Source: an uncultured Eubacteriales bacterium (GTDB lineage Bacteria > Bacillota > Clostridia > Christensenellales > UBA1242). Taken from it: 64,000 nt of DNA. The notes beneath the pieces were generated by a model. That model made no database searches. It was given only the letters and a program-made list of their open reading frames with translations, and had not been told where the DNA came from. Position numbers and translations under genes: made by a program. The stretch's first letter is position 1. The number at the start of each line of letters is the position of its first letter. This document shows, one piece after another, positions 18,283 through 27,704 of the stretch. Location: the NCBI GenBank assembly GCA_902496015.1, contig CABUZJ010000003.1, forward strand, positions 18,402 to 82,401, written 5' to 3'.

Positions 18283-19515
18283 TTATTTTTCTCCTTTAAA
18301 ATAATTAGAATTGGCACAACTAACCGCTGTTGAAAAAGCAATTTGTAAATTAAAACCACCGGTTAAAGCATCAATATCTAACACTTCGCCAATAAAAAAT
18401 AGATTTTTTATAATTTTACTGCTCATATCCTTAGGATTTATTTCTTTTAAATTAACTCCCCCACTTGTTATAACCGAAGTTTCAATAGGCTCAATACACT
18501 TAAAAATTAATTCAAAATGCTTAAGCAAATCAATTAATCTTTGCCTTTCATTTCTAGTTAATTGGTTTATTTTTGTATTTAATTGAATATTTAACCTTTT
18601 GGCAAAAATTTGTATTAATCGCTTGGGTAATAATTGACCCAATAAAGAAGAAAATTGTTTTGTTGAATTATCTTCTATTATTCTATCTATTCTCTTATGT
18701 AATTGCTCCATAGATAATGCAGGTTTAAAATCAATAATTATTTTTTGCACATTCTTTCTATTTATATAACTAGACATTGTCAATACCAATGGTCCAGATA
18801 TACCAACATTAGTAAAAAGCATTTCTCCAATTTCACTTTCAAAAACTGCATTATTTTCATTATAAGCATAAATTTTAACATTTTTTAATGATAATCCTTC
18901 CAATTTTGCACATTCGTTCCCCGCAATTTCAATGCCGTTTAATGCTGGCTTTAAATCTATAATTGTGTGTCCTGCAAGTTTTGCAAAATTATAGCCATCA
19001 CCAGTCGAACCCGTGCCACTATAACTTAATCCACCAGTTGCAACTATTATTGCGTCAAAATTATATAAATAATTATTTAATATTACTCCAATTGCGTTAT
19101 CTCCGTTAATTTCTATTGCAGTAATTTTTGAGTTTAATTTCACATTAACATTATTTTCTTTTAATGCATGAATTAGTGCATTAAGAATGGTTACTGCCTT
19201 ATCACTGACAGGAAATACTCTGTTTCCGCGTTCAACTTTAAGTTCAACTCCTAGTGCTTTAAAAAATTCAATAGTATCACTTGAGTTAAATGAATTTTCA
19301 GCACTTCTTAAAAATTGACTTCCGCGAACAATATTATTTAAAAATTCAGTTCCTGTTGTATTATTAGTTACATTGCATCTGCCCTTACCAGTAATTAAAA
19401 GTTTTTTCCCAAGCATATTATTTTTTTCAAACAAAGTAACATTATGCCCATTTTTTGCTAGCATAATGCTTGCCATCATTCCAGATGCTCCACCACCTAT
19501 AACCGCTATATTCAT
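18283..19515 (-). CDS. NAD(P)/FAD-dependent oxidoreductase, HI0933/YhiN (BaiN-like) family
   Basis: N-terminal dinucleotide fold IAVIGGGASGMMA, ITGKGRCNVTN, and C-terminal GEVLDIDALTGGFNLQ. Confidence 0.8.
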   Translation of the reverse strand: MNIAVIGGGASGMMASIMLAKNGHNVTLFEKNNMLGKKLLITGKGRCNVTNNTTGTEFLNNIVRGSQFLRSAENSFNSSDTIEFFKALGVELKVERGNRVFPVSDKAVTILNALIHALKENNVNVKLNSKITAIEINGDNAIGVILNNYLYNFDAIIVATGGLSYSGTGSTGDGYNFAKLAGHTIIDLKPALNGIEIAGNECAKLEGLSLKNVKIYAYNENNAVFESEIGEMLFTNVGISGPLVLTMSSYINRKNVQKIIIDFKPALSMEQLHKRIDRIIEDNSTKQFSSLLGQLLPKRLIQIFAKRLNIQLNTKINQLTRNERQRLIDLLKHFELIFKCIEPIETSVITSGGVNLKEINPKDMSSKIIKNLFFIGEVLDIDALTGGFNLQIAFSTAVSCANSNYFKGEK

Positions 19516-19524
19516 ATTATAACC

Positions 19525-20229
19525 TTATAATGTTTTTAAATAATTTATTTCAGCCTGGTTTAAAAGTCTATATTCACCTCGGTTCAAACCAGTTAATTTT
19601 AATTGACCAATTTGTATTCGCTTTAAAAATATCACTTTAAATCCAACAGCTTCAAACATTTTTCTTATTTGTCTATTTTTACCCTCAAAAATAGTGATTT
19701 CTAATTTAGTAACCCTATTTTTACATTCGAGTTGCTTAACCTTGCATTTAGCAAGTCTTTTACCCTCAACAACAACACCTGCTCTTAACACGGCAAGTTG
19801 ACTTTCTTTAATTTCACCTTCAATTTTAACAATATATACTTTACCAACCTCATGTGATGGGTGTGTTAAATTAAAAGCCAAACTACCATCGTTAGTTAAA
19901 AGCAATAAACCTTCACTATCGTAATCTAATCGACCTATAGGTTTTAAATGTTTTAGATTTTGTGGTAACAAATCTAATACCGTTTTTCTTCCTTTATCGT
20001 CGCTAGTTGTTGTAATATAACCTTTTGGTTTATGAAGCATAACATAAATTAAATTATTATCTAGCATTAACTGTTTGCCTTCGTATTCCACATTATCATT
20101 TTCTAAAACATCAAAAGCAAGGTCTTTGGTAACCTTGCCATTAATTTTTATTTTTCCATCTTTAATAAGTTCTTCTACTTTTCTTCTTGAACCTAAGTTG
20201 CAACTTGCCAAATATTTATTAATTCTCAT
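19525..20229 (-). CDS. rluB: Pseudouridine synthase, RsuA/RluB family with an S4 domain
   Basis: S4 N-terminus (RINKYLASCNLGSRRKVEELI) and catalytic GRLDYDSEGLLLLTNDG. Start at ATG 20229, preceded by AAAGGGGA. Confidence 0.85.
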   Translation of the reverse strand: MRINKYLASCNLGSRRKVEELIKDGKIKINGKVTKDLAFDVLENDNVEYEGKQLMLDNNLIYVMLHKPKGYITTTSDDKGRKTVLDLLPQNLKHLKPIGRLDYDSEGLLLLTNDGSLAFNLTHPSHEVGKVYIVKIEGEIKESQLAVLRAGVVVEGKRLAKCKVKQLECKNRVTKLEITIFEGKNRQIRKMFEAVGFKVIFLKRIQIGQLKLTGLNRGEYRLLNQAEINYLKTL

Positions 20230-20248
20230 TCTGTCCCCTTTGGGCACA

Positions 20249-21430
20249 TTAAATCATATCTTTAATAACTTTATCTAAGTGTGATTTAAAATCATTTGCC
20301 TCTACACTATCCATAGTATATATTTTTTCACTAAAAATCAAGTTATTTTTTAGTCTTATTTCAATTTTACCAATCTCTTGATTTTTTTTGACTGGTGCAG
20401 TAATAAAATCTGGTAATTCTTTTGTTATATGAATATTACTTTGCTCTTCTTTTGTTAAAGGATAAATAAAACTATTTCTTGAATAAATATTTACACTTTC
20501 AATATCTGCATTTAACACTGGAATAGAATTATGATGTGCATAAGCTTCAAGTAAATCAACCAATTCATATTCGGCAAATGCTTTTTCAATTAATTCATAA
20601 CACTCTTCAAACATTGGCTTGCAGTTTAAAAGGACACACACAACCTGCATATTATTTCTTTTAGCACTGCCCACGAAACACCTTCCTGCTTTTGTTGTGT
20701 ATCCAGTTTTAACACCGGTGGCATCTTCCATTTGAATTAATAATTTGTTTTTATTTTTTAATATTCTATTTTCATTTTTTAATTCATTAGGAATAGTAGT
20801 TTTTTTGGTTGAAACAATTTCTGCAAATATTGGATTGTTTAAAGCATAACATGTTATTAAACCTAAATCTCGTGCCGTGGTATAATGATTATCATCGTGT
20901 AAACCGTTTGGAGTTACCAAATTTGTATTAGTTGCTCCAATTTTTTTACAAAACTCATTTGCCAGTTTAATAAATGCTTCAACACTGCCACTAGTTTCGA
21001 TGGCAAGAGCAACTGCTGCATCATTACCACTTAAAAGCATTAAGCCATATAAAAGGTCTTTTATTGATAAATGTTCCCCTTCTTTTAAATAAATTGTGCT
21101 ACCTTCAATTTTGGTTGCTTCTTTTGGAATTTCAACAATTTTTTCTAAATCTTTGTTATTTTCAATAACAACAATTGCTGTTATAATTTTAGTTAAACTT
21201 GCCATTGGTAATTTAATGTCAGCATCTTTTTCATAAAGTGCTCGCCCTGTGCTTTGTTCACACACAAACATGCTTTGAGCAGTAGTGAGTGCTTTTTTAT
21301 TTGAATTATCATTTGTTGTTGCAAAAGCAATATTATTTGACAGAAAACTTAAATTAAATAATAATATATTAACTATTAAAAAAGAAAATACAACTAATTC
21401 TATATGCAATAATAATTTACTGTTTTTCAT
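20249..21430 (-). CDS. D-alanyl-D-alanine carboxypeptidase (PBP5/DacB-like)
   Basis: SxxK (ASLTKIIT), SGN (LSGNDAA) and KTG (VKTGYT) motifs. The start MKNSK at 21430 is preferred because of an upstream GGAGA. Confidence 0.85.
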   Translation of the reverse strand: MKNSKLLLHIELVVFSFLIVNILLFNLSFLSNNIAFATTNDNSNKKALTTAQSMFVCEQSTGRALYEKDADIKLPMASLTKIITAIVVIENNKDLEKIVEIPKEATKIEGSTIYLKEGEHLSIKDLLYGLMLLSGNDAAVALAIETSGSVEAFIKLANEFCKKIGATNTNLVTPNGLHDDNHYTTARDLGLITCYALNNPIFAEIVSTKKTTIPNELKNENRILKNKNKLLIQMEDATGVKTGYTTKAGRCFVGSAKRNNMQVVCVLLNCKPMFEECYELIEKAFAEYELVDLLEAYAHHNSIPVLNADIESVNIYSRNSFIYPLTKEEQSNIHITKELPDFITAPVKKNQEIGKIEIRLKNNLIFSEKIYTMDSVEANDFKSHLDKVIKDMI

Positions 21431-21818
21431 TCTCCTTTTCTCCATTAATATTAATCACTTTTTCTATAAGTTGTGGTATCATATCGCCAACTTTATCCCA
21501 ACTGCTTCTATTTTCTACTTTAATAAAATTTGGGATATTGTTCACAATTGTTAAAAATCCCATTGGTGTTAAGCAAACACCAGCACCACTTCCACCAGCG
21601 AAAGGAAAATTTTTGTTCTTTTTAGGTTTTTCAGTTGCAGTATATTCTCCGCCACCAGCAACAAAACCCATACTTACTTTACTTACTGGTAAAATTATTG
21701 CTCCAAATTCATTTTTAATTGGTTCACCAATAACAGTGTTCACATCTACTATAGTTTTTAGTTTTCCCATTGCAGAAGCCATTATTTCTTCAATTGGATT
21801 ATTTTTTTCTTTGTCCAT
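21417..21818 (-). CDS. ytfJ: Sporulation protein YtfJ (GerW family)
   Basis: GEPIKNEFGAIILPVSKVSMGFVAGGGEY and FAGGSGAGVCLTPMGFL. Confidence 0.85.
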   Translation of the reverse strand: MDKEKNNPIEEIMASAMGKLKTIVDVNTVIGEPIKNEFGAIILPVSKVSMGFVAGGGEYTATEKPKKNKNFPFAGGSGAGVCLTPMGFLTIVNNIPNFIKVENRSSWDKVGDMIPQLIEKVININGEKENEKQ

Positions 21819-21821
21819 AAT

Positions 21822-22379
21822 TTACCCTCTTGTTCCATATAATTTTTTATATTCTTTTTTTGCAGTTATAAAGCTTTTAATTATATCTAATAATGTTAAT
21901 TGCAATCTAACTTGTGTACTAATTTCACATTCATCTTCGGTGTAACTAGGTGTTATATCTTGAAAGATATTAGCGTATTTATTTTTGTTTAATATAAATG
22001 AAATTAAAGATGAACTTATAGATTGCATAGCCCCGCAAACCATTGCAGTTGTATAAGCATTAGTGCTTGAACCAAATGTGAAATAAATATCAAGTTTTGT
22101 TATATTTACTCTTTTTATTAATTGGCTATTAAAAATCTCTACTAAATGCGGATGTTTAATATCTTTAGGCATTCTATTAACCATGTTTTCTATATCTATA
22201 CCATTAGTCAAGCTTAATTTACAACGACCAACAACTATTGATATAAACATTACTTTAATTGAATAAATACAAATATTTGAAAGCACATTAATATGCCCTT
22301 GAACCCTTACTCTTAATGGATAAATTAAAATTAAAAATAAAACTAAGATGACTAAAACAATAATTATAATTGCTTTCAT
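21822..22379 (-). CDS. YtfI-like membrane protein (DUF2953-like)
   Basis: N-terminal TM segment and position immediately upstream of ytfJ, as in the B. subtilis ytfI-ytfJ pair. Sequence evidence is weak. Confidence 0.45.
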   Translation of the reverse strand: MKAIIIIVLVILVLFLILIYPLRVRVQGHINVLSNICIYSIKVMFISIVVGRCKLSLTNGIDIENMVNRMPKDIKHPHLVEIFNSQLIKRVNITKLDIYFTFGSSTNAYTTAMVCGAMQSISSSLISFILNKNKYANIFQDITPSYTEDECEISTQVRLQLTLLDIIKSFITAKKEYKKLYGTRG

Positions 22380-22426
22380 ATCTTAGTTATGTGCTAATAT
22401 TTAAAAATAATGTATAATTTTATAAA

Positions 22427-23221
22427 TTAAATAATTTCATCATCATCTGCATTATTAATATCTGAAAGTAAATCTTCATCTTCTTTAATAATGTCATTAA
22501 ATGCTAATTTTGTGTTATCAAAGCTAGAACTTTGTTTGGCATTAGTTTCATTTTTCTCTTTTAAGGTTTCATTAGAAACATCATTTTCCTTCTCTTTCTT
22601 TGCTAGGCTATTTCCTTCAACTTGATTTTCATTATCTTCGTGTTTTATTGGGTCGGTTGGAACATCATACTCATTATAAAGACTATCGCTTTTCGTTCTA
22701 ATAACTTTAACTTGTTCTAATAATTTATTATAATCAGGAAGTTCGGCAACAGAACTAATATTAAATCGCTTTAAAAATTCATCAGTTGTGCCAAATAACA
22801 CGGGTCTACCAACTGCGTCTTTTCTGCCAACCACTTCAATTAAATTATGTTCTAACAAAATGCTTATGGCATAATCACAACTAACCCCTCTAATCTCTTC
22901 AATTTCAAGCCTTGTTATTGGTTGCTTATAAGCAATAATTGCAGCAGTTTCAAGTGTTGCCTTGCTAAGATTTCTTTCTCTTATAGGATTTAAAACAGAT
23001 GATACTGCATCGGCATATTGAGAATTTGTAGATAGTTGTAATTTATCATTGAAATGTAGTAAGTAAATTCCGCTTTCCCCGCTAAATCTTTGTTTTAATT
23101 TATCTATTGCCTTATTTAACTCTTTATTTGTTATATCTAATTTACTTGTTATATCTGCCACTTGCACGGGTTCGCCAGCAACAAATAAAATGCTTTCAAT
23201 TATTTCTGCTAAATTATCCAA
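22427..23221 (-). CDS. scpB: Segregation and condensation protein B with an acidic C-terminal tail
   Basis: ESILFVAGEPV, ITRLEIEEIRGV and GRPVLFGTTDEFL, followed by an approximately 90-aa D/E/N/K-rich extension. Confidence 0.9.
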   Translation of the reverse strand: MDNLAEIIESILFVAGEPVQVADITSKLDITNKELNKAIDKLKQRFSGESGIYLLHFNDKLQLSTNSQYADAVSSVLNPIRERNLSKATLETAAIIAYKQPITRLEIEEIRGVSCDYAISILLEHNLIEVVGRKDAVGRPVLFGTTDEFLKRFNISSVAELPDYNKLLEQVKVIRTKSDSLYNEYDVPTDPIKHEDNENQVEGNSLAKKEKENDVSNETLKEKNETNAKQSSSFDNTKLAFNDIIKEDEDLLSDINNADDDEII

Positions 23222-24005
23222 TATTGTTATCCTCTCTTTTGTTTATTATTATATCTTCAAATGTCCCTTTTTGTTCAACACTAATAATTTGAGTTTTTAG
23301 TAATTCTAGCAATGCCAAGAAAGTGTTAATGATTTCACTTTTAGAATAATCCGCTTCAAATAGTTCACTAAATTTAAATCTATTTTTAATAAGCAATAAA
23401 TCTTTAATTTGACCCATTTTTTGTGAAACGGTAAATCTATCTTTTTCAATTTTTCTTTCAACAGGAACCTCGGCTTTTAAATTAACTTTAAATAATAGTT
23501 TTGAAAATGCTTGTATTAAATTATCTAAATTTAAGTCATTTGGAAGAACATATCTAAAATCCCCAGCTTTAGGGTCTGGTTCTTTATAAAATTTATTAAC
23601 ATCTTCAATTTCTTTTAATCTTTCACTTGCTTCTTTAAAAAGCTTATATTCTTCAATTTGCCTTATAAGTTTTTGCTCTGGGGTTTCTTCATCTTCTTCA
23701 ATTTCAACAGGCGGTTTAGGAAGTAATTTTTTAGATTTTATTTCTAAAAGAGTGGCTGCCATTTCAATAAAATCGCTTGCTTTATCAACATCTACATCAC
23801 TAATATCGCTTACTATAGCCAAATATTGTTCAGTTATTTCACTTAAAAAAATATCGCATATATCAATTTTGGCAGATTTTATCAAGGTTAAAAGCAAATC
23901 TAAAGGGCCTTCAAATTGGTTAAGTTTCACCCTAAAACTATCTGCATCAAATTCTTCATTATTATTTTGTGAGATTTCTTCGTTTGCTAAATCTTTTTCT
24001 TCCAT
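23214..24005 (-). CDS. scpA: Segregation and condensation protein A
   Basis: FEGPLDLLLTLIKSAKIDICDI. Overlaps the scpB start by 8 nt. Confidence 0.9.
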   Translation of the reverse strand: MEEKDLANEEISQNNNEEFDADSFRVKLNQFEGPLDLLLTLIKSAKIDICDIFLSEITEQYLAIVSDISDVDVDKASDFIEMAATLLEIKSKKLLPKPPVEIEEDEETPEQKLIRQIEEYKLFKEASERLKEIEDVNKFYKEPDPKAGDFRYVLPNDLNLDNLIQAFSKLLFKVNLKAEVPVERKIEKDRFTVSQKMGQIKDLLLIKNRFKFSELFEADYSKSEIINTFLALLELLKTQIISVEQKGTFEDIIINKREDNNIG

Positions 24006-24006
24006 A

Positions 24007-24693
24007 TTATAACCCTATTAAATTTAAAAATTTACTCCACATTAAAATTAATAAATCGCTAACATTAATTGCTGTAATATCAATATAAACTGTAAAAATT
24101 CCAGAAATGAATAATAATAACATTAAGATTGTGCTATAATTTCGCATAAATGAAGTAAATTTATTGTTTCTACTGGTAAAACTTTCTACCACTCTAAATC
24201 CATCTAGCGGATAAATTGGCAATAAATTGAAAAATGCCAAACTTAAATTTATTATAATTGAAAAATTTAAAAATAAGTTAAGAGCCGTTGGATAAAACGC
24301 TGTTCCTTGGCTAAAAGCAGGCCAAACATAATAAAATAAACAATATAACAATGAAGTAAGTAAAGCTATTATTATATTAAATAAAACTCCTGCAATACTT
24401 ACAAAAAATTCGCTCCATTTACCATGTTTATAATTTCTTGAATCAACTGGCACGGGCTTCGCCCACCCAAAACCAAATATTAATAAACAAGCAAATCCAA
24501 TAGGGTCAACATGGTCAAATGGTTTAAGGCTTAGCCTTTTCATTGACTTTGCAGTCCCATCTCCTTGTTTATAAGCAACAAAAGCATGAGCCCATTCATG
24601 AACAGACATTGCCACCAATATAGAACTAATATATGCAATAATGAATGCAATTGCATAAATTGGTTGTGAGTTAAATAATGAATATAAAATCAT
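24007..24693 (-). CDS. Site-2 protease family (M50) membrane metalloprotease
   Basis: HExxH (HEWAHAF) and NLLPIYPLDG motifs in a polytopic membrane protein. Confidence 0.8.
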   Translation of the reverse strand: MILYSLFNSQPIYAIAFIIAYISSILVAMSVHEWAHAFVAYKQGDGTAKSMKRLSLKPFDHVDPIGFACLLIFGFGWAKPVPVDSRNYKHGKWSEFFVSIAGVLFNIIIALLTSLLYCLFYYVWPAFSQGTAFYPTALNLFLNFSIIINLSLAFFNLLPIYPLDGFRVVESFTSRNNKFTSFMRNYSTILMLLLFISGIFTVYIDITAINVSDLLILMWSKFLNLIGL

Positions 24694-24746
24694 AATATAT
24701 CTATATAATTATAAAATTATAATACATGATTGTCAAATAAAATATA

Positions 24747-24778
24747 ATTAAAAATAACCCATAAAATATGGGTTATTT
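24747..24778 (-). terminator. Intrinsic terminator after the DD-carboxypeptidase gene
   Basis: aataacccat(24752-24761)/atgggttatt(24767-24776), with a U-run on the minus strand. Confidence 0.7.
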
Positions 24779-24838
24779 TGACTTTTTATATATACTTAAT
24801 TATTATTAAAATTTCTTTTCATTATTGTGAATTTTTAA

Positions 24839-26032
24839 TTACCACACTTTTGTAATTTTTATAATACAATCTTTAATTGTTTGTTTTGCATCGCTGTTAA
24901 TAGCAATTAATGGAATTTGTGCTACAACTATTTGGTTTTCATCAAATATTACCATTTCCCCTACTTTACTTCCTGCAATAACAGGAGCTTTAATTTCATT
25001 ATATATCAAACTTACTTGCAAATTTGATTTTTCACCTTTTTTAATAAATTCGTAATAATCATTCGCAGGCATTGCTAAAACGAAGCCGTTTTTTCCACCT
25101 TTGGTTGCAACCTCAATTTTATAATCATTTGCTTTTGCCACTAATTTATTTTCAAAGTTAGCAAAGCCATAGTTAAACATCTCAGTTACCTCTCTAAATC
25201 TAGTATTACTTTCAGGTTCACCAATAACCACAGCAATAAGTCTCATGTCACCTTTTTTTGCCGAACATGTTAAGCAATATTTTGCTTCGCTTGTGTAACC
25301 AGTTTTTCCTGAATCACAACCTTTATATGTTTTAACTAATCTATTCGTGTTCACTAATTCAGTTTTTCTTGCACTAGGATGAGTTAATTCATCTGTCCAA
25401 ATATTGCTATATTTTGTATAAATTGGATTATCCATTATAGTTTTATAAATGATAGCACAATCATATGCAGACGAATAATGTTCTGCAATAGGCAATCCAG
25501 TAACATTACTAAAATGAGTATCAGTTAAACCTAATTCCTTTGTCTTTTTATTCATAAGGTCAACAAAATGTTCTTCCGTGCCAGCAACTGCTTCTGCAAG
25601 AGCAACCATGCTATCATTTGCTGAAGCAATAATAACTGTTTTTAAAAGGTCTATTACTTTATAACTTGCATTTTCATCTATAAATGCAGAAGAACCTTCG
25701 GTATCTGCGGCATGTTTACTAATGGTAACCATGTCATCTTCTTTAATTTTACCATTATTGATTGCATCAAAAATAACTGAAAGGCTCATCATTTTTGTCA
25801 TGCTAGCAATTGGCAATTTGTCATGTATATTTTTTTCAAAAATAATAGTATTAGTATTTGCATCCATTAAAAGTGCAGATTTACTTTCTTTTGCAAGGGT
25901 TGCAATGCCCACATTCAAAATATCATCATTTTCTGCGAATGATACAAACTTAGATTGATTAGGATTAAAAGATAAGATAAGTGAAAGAAAAATTCCTAAT
26001 AAGAAAAAATAACTTAATAATTTTTTTACCAT
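24839..26032 (-). CDS. D-alanyl-D-alanine carboxypeptidase (PBP5/DacA/DacF-like)
   Basis: Signal peptide plus SxxK (ASMTKMMS), SAN (ASANDS) and KTG (GKTGYT) motifs. Confidence 0.85.
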   Translation of the reverse strand: MVKKLLSYFFLLGIFLSLILSFNPNQSKFVSFAENDDILNVGIATLAKESKSALLMDANTNTIIFEKNIHDKLPIASMTKMMSLSVIFDAINNGKIKEDDMVTISKHAADTEGSSAFIDENASYKVIDLLKTVIIASANDSMVALAEAVAGTEEHFVDLMNKKTKELGLTDTHFSNVTGLPIAEHYSSAYDCAIIYKTIMDNPIYTKYSNIWTDELTHPSARKTELVNTNRLVKTYKGCDSGKTGYTSEAKYCLTCSAKKGDMRLIAVVIGEPESNTRFREVTEMFNYGFANFENKLVAKANDYKIEVATKGGKNGFVLAMPANDYYEFIKKGEKSNLQVSLIYNEIKAPVIAGSKVGEMVIFDENQIVVAQIPLIAINSDAKQTIKDCIIKITKVW

Positions 26033-26081
26033 AATACTTTCTCCTTATTAGTAGTTTCTCTTACAAATAAAAAATTATGTG

Positions 26082-26708
26082 CTAATAAGCAAAAAGAATA
26101 AAACTTTTTAAAAGTAAAGGAATAATAAAGGAATGAATTAAGCAAATCACAATTGCAATAGAAAAACATAAAAAGTATTTATTAAAAAATTTAGCAAATC
26201 TAAAACTTTCTTTGAATGGTAAATTATATTTTTTTGCTTCATAAGCCCTAATTTGTGCAACAGATATAACAAAAAACAATAATAAGAAAAAGCAAATGTT
26301 AACTGGAAGTATAAAAATTATAACATTTAAAATCCCTACAAAATTATATAGATTAATTATAACCGAACATGTTAAAACTAATAAAAAACTTTGATAACCT
26401 ACAAATGCATAAGATAAAAATGAAGATGGATAAGACAAATTAAAAATAAAAATTACTAAAAATATTAAAAAGAATTCTAATAACTTGTCAAAAAATATGC
26501 TTACACCACTACTAGTGCCCGCAATAAAATCAAACATCTGTTTATCACTTGGATTTAATATTGAATTAAAGCTGACACCACTATAAACTCCAAAGATACC
26601 AAGAATTAATCCAATAAAGAAACAAATAATAAGACCAATAAAAATGAATTTACTTTTTCTTATATGATTTAAAAAATCATCTTTAAAATTTAAAAAAAAA
26701 TTACTCAT
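26082..26708 (-). CDS. spoIIM: Probable stage II sporulation protein M
   Basis: 208-aa five-TM protein whose layout resembles SpoIIM (N-terminal HIRKSKFIFIGL.., LPVNICFF). Lies next to spo0A/spoIVB. Confidence 0.55.
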   Translation of the reverse strand: MSNFFLNFKDDFLNHIRKSKFIFIGLIICFFIGLILGIFGVYSGVSFNSILNPSDKQMFDFIAGTSSGVSIFFDKLLEFFLIFLVIFIFNLSYPSSFLSYAFVGYQSFLLVLTCSVIINLYNFVGILNVIIFILPVNICFFLLLFFVISVAQIRAYEAKKYNLPFKESFRFAKFFNKYFLCFSIAIVICLIHSFIIPLLLKSFILFAY

Positions 26709-26809
26709 ATTAGATTATATGAATAAATTATAAAATTAATTAATAAATATATTGGACTTAGCAGAATTGAAAAATATTATTAAAATAGAAAGTAAAATTA
26801 AGTAAGAAT

Positions 26810-27562
26810 TTAAATCTTATAAATATCATTTCTACTTTTTATTAAAATTGAATTTGCAAAACTTGCAATAACTTTTCTGTTACTACAACTAGTTAGTTTT
26901 CTAACAATATCGCCTTCTTTAATATTAGAAATTTTATGTTGATTTATAGCACACTTTATTGCATGCCTTATATTTCGTTCAACATTTTTATAATTAGTGT
27001 CATAATAATCTGCAACCTTAGAATAAATTTCAGTTGTTAGATTTTTAACAAATCCATTTCTTTCATAGCATAATTCAATGGCTTTTGCTAAATAATGATA
27101 GCCTAAATGTGAAGATGAAAAATTATTTTCTTCTAGGGCCTTAGCAATAACATTGCTAATATTAATAGCATAGGAATTTCTAGCATTATAAAGTCTTTTA
27201 CTCATTTTATTTAAAATTCTAGCAACTCCAATTTTCCAATAAAGAGCATTTACCATGTAATAATCTTTATAACACTCATCTGCTTTTTTAGTTATAACAA
27301 CAATGTTTTTATTAAAATTATTGTAAATAGTTTTAATCACTGCATTTAAGTAGTAATTATTATCATTCATTTCAGTATCAATTATTATAACATCTGGTTT
27401 ATGTTCTATTGCTGAATTTAATAAATCCCCTACCGTTAAGACCATATCAACTAATTTAAAATTTGTGTTCTTTATAATTTTTTCTAATTTCTCCCCATTT
27501 AACTTAAATCTTTTGCTAAATCCAATCATTTTCAGTTCCATAATAATATAACAACCTCTCAT
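26810..27562 (-). CDS. spo0A: Spo0A homologue with a degenerate receiver domain (start codon ambiguous: 27562, 27541 or 27529)
   Basis: C-terminal Spo0A_C signature (HLGYHYLAKAIEL.., NVERNIRHAIKCAI). Located directly after spoIVB. The receiver keeps PDVIIIDTEM but has GFSKR in place of ADDN. Confidence 0.8.
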   Translation of the reverse strand: MRGCYIIMELKMIGFSKRFKLNGEKLEKIIKNTNFKLVDMVLTVGDLLNSAIEHKPDVIIIDTEMNDNNYYLNAVIKTIYNNFNKNIVVITKKADECYKDYYMVNALYWKIGVARILNKMSKRLYNARNSYAINISNVIAKALEENNFSSSHLGYHYLAKAIELCYERNGFVKNLTTEIYSKVADYYDTNYKNVERNIRHAIKCAINQHKISNIKEGDIVRKLTSCSNRKVIASFANSILIKSRNDIYKI

Positions 27563-27570
27563 CTAATGTT

Positions 27571-27599
27571 ATATTATCATATATTTGGACAAAAGACAA
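27571..27599 (-). promoter_or_regulatory. Putative promoter of spo0A
   Basis: Minus strand TTGTCT-17 nt-TAATAT, ending about 8 nt before the first ATG. Confidence 0.35.
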
Positions 27600-27600
27600 C

Positions 27601-27656
27601 ATTTTTGAACATTTTTGTTCAAAAATATTCAAAAATCTTTGAAATTCTATTTTGAA
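27601..27656. promoter_or_regulatory. Array of TTTGAAC/GTTCAAA inverted repeats upstream of spo0A
   Basis: Perfect 11-bp inverted repeat ATTTTTGAACA-N4-TGTTCAAAAAT (27601-27626), TTCAAA-N4-TTTGAA (27628-27643), and an extra TTTGAA at 27651. Confidence 0.5.
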
Positions 27657-27704
27657 TACATAATATATATCAATTAAACTTATAATTTTATTTAAAATTT
27701 AATT

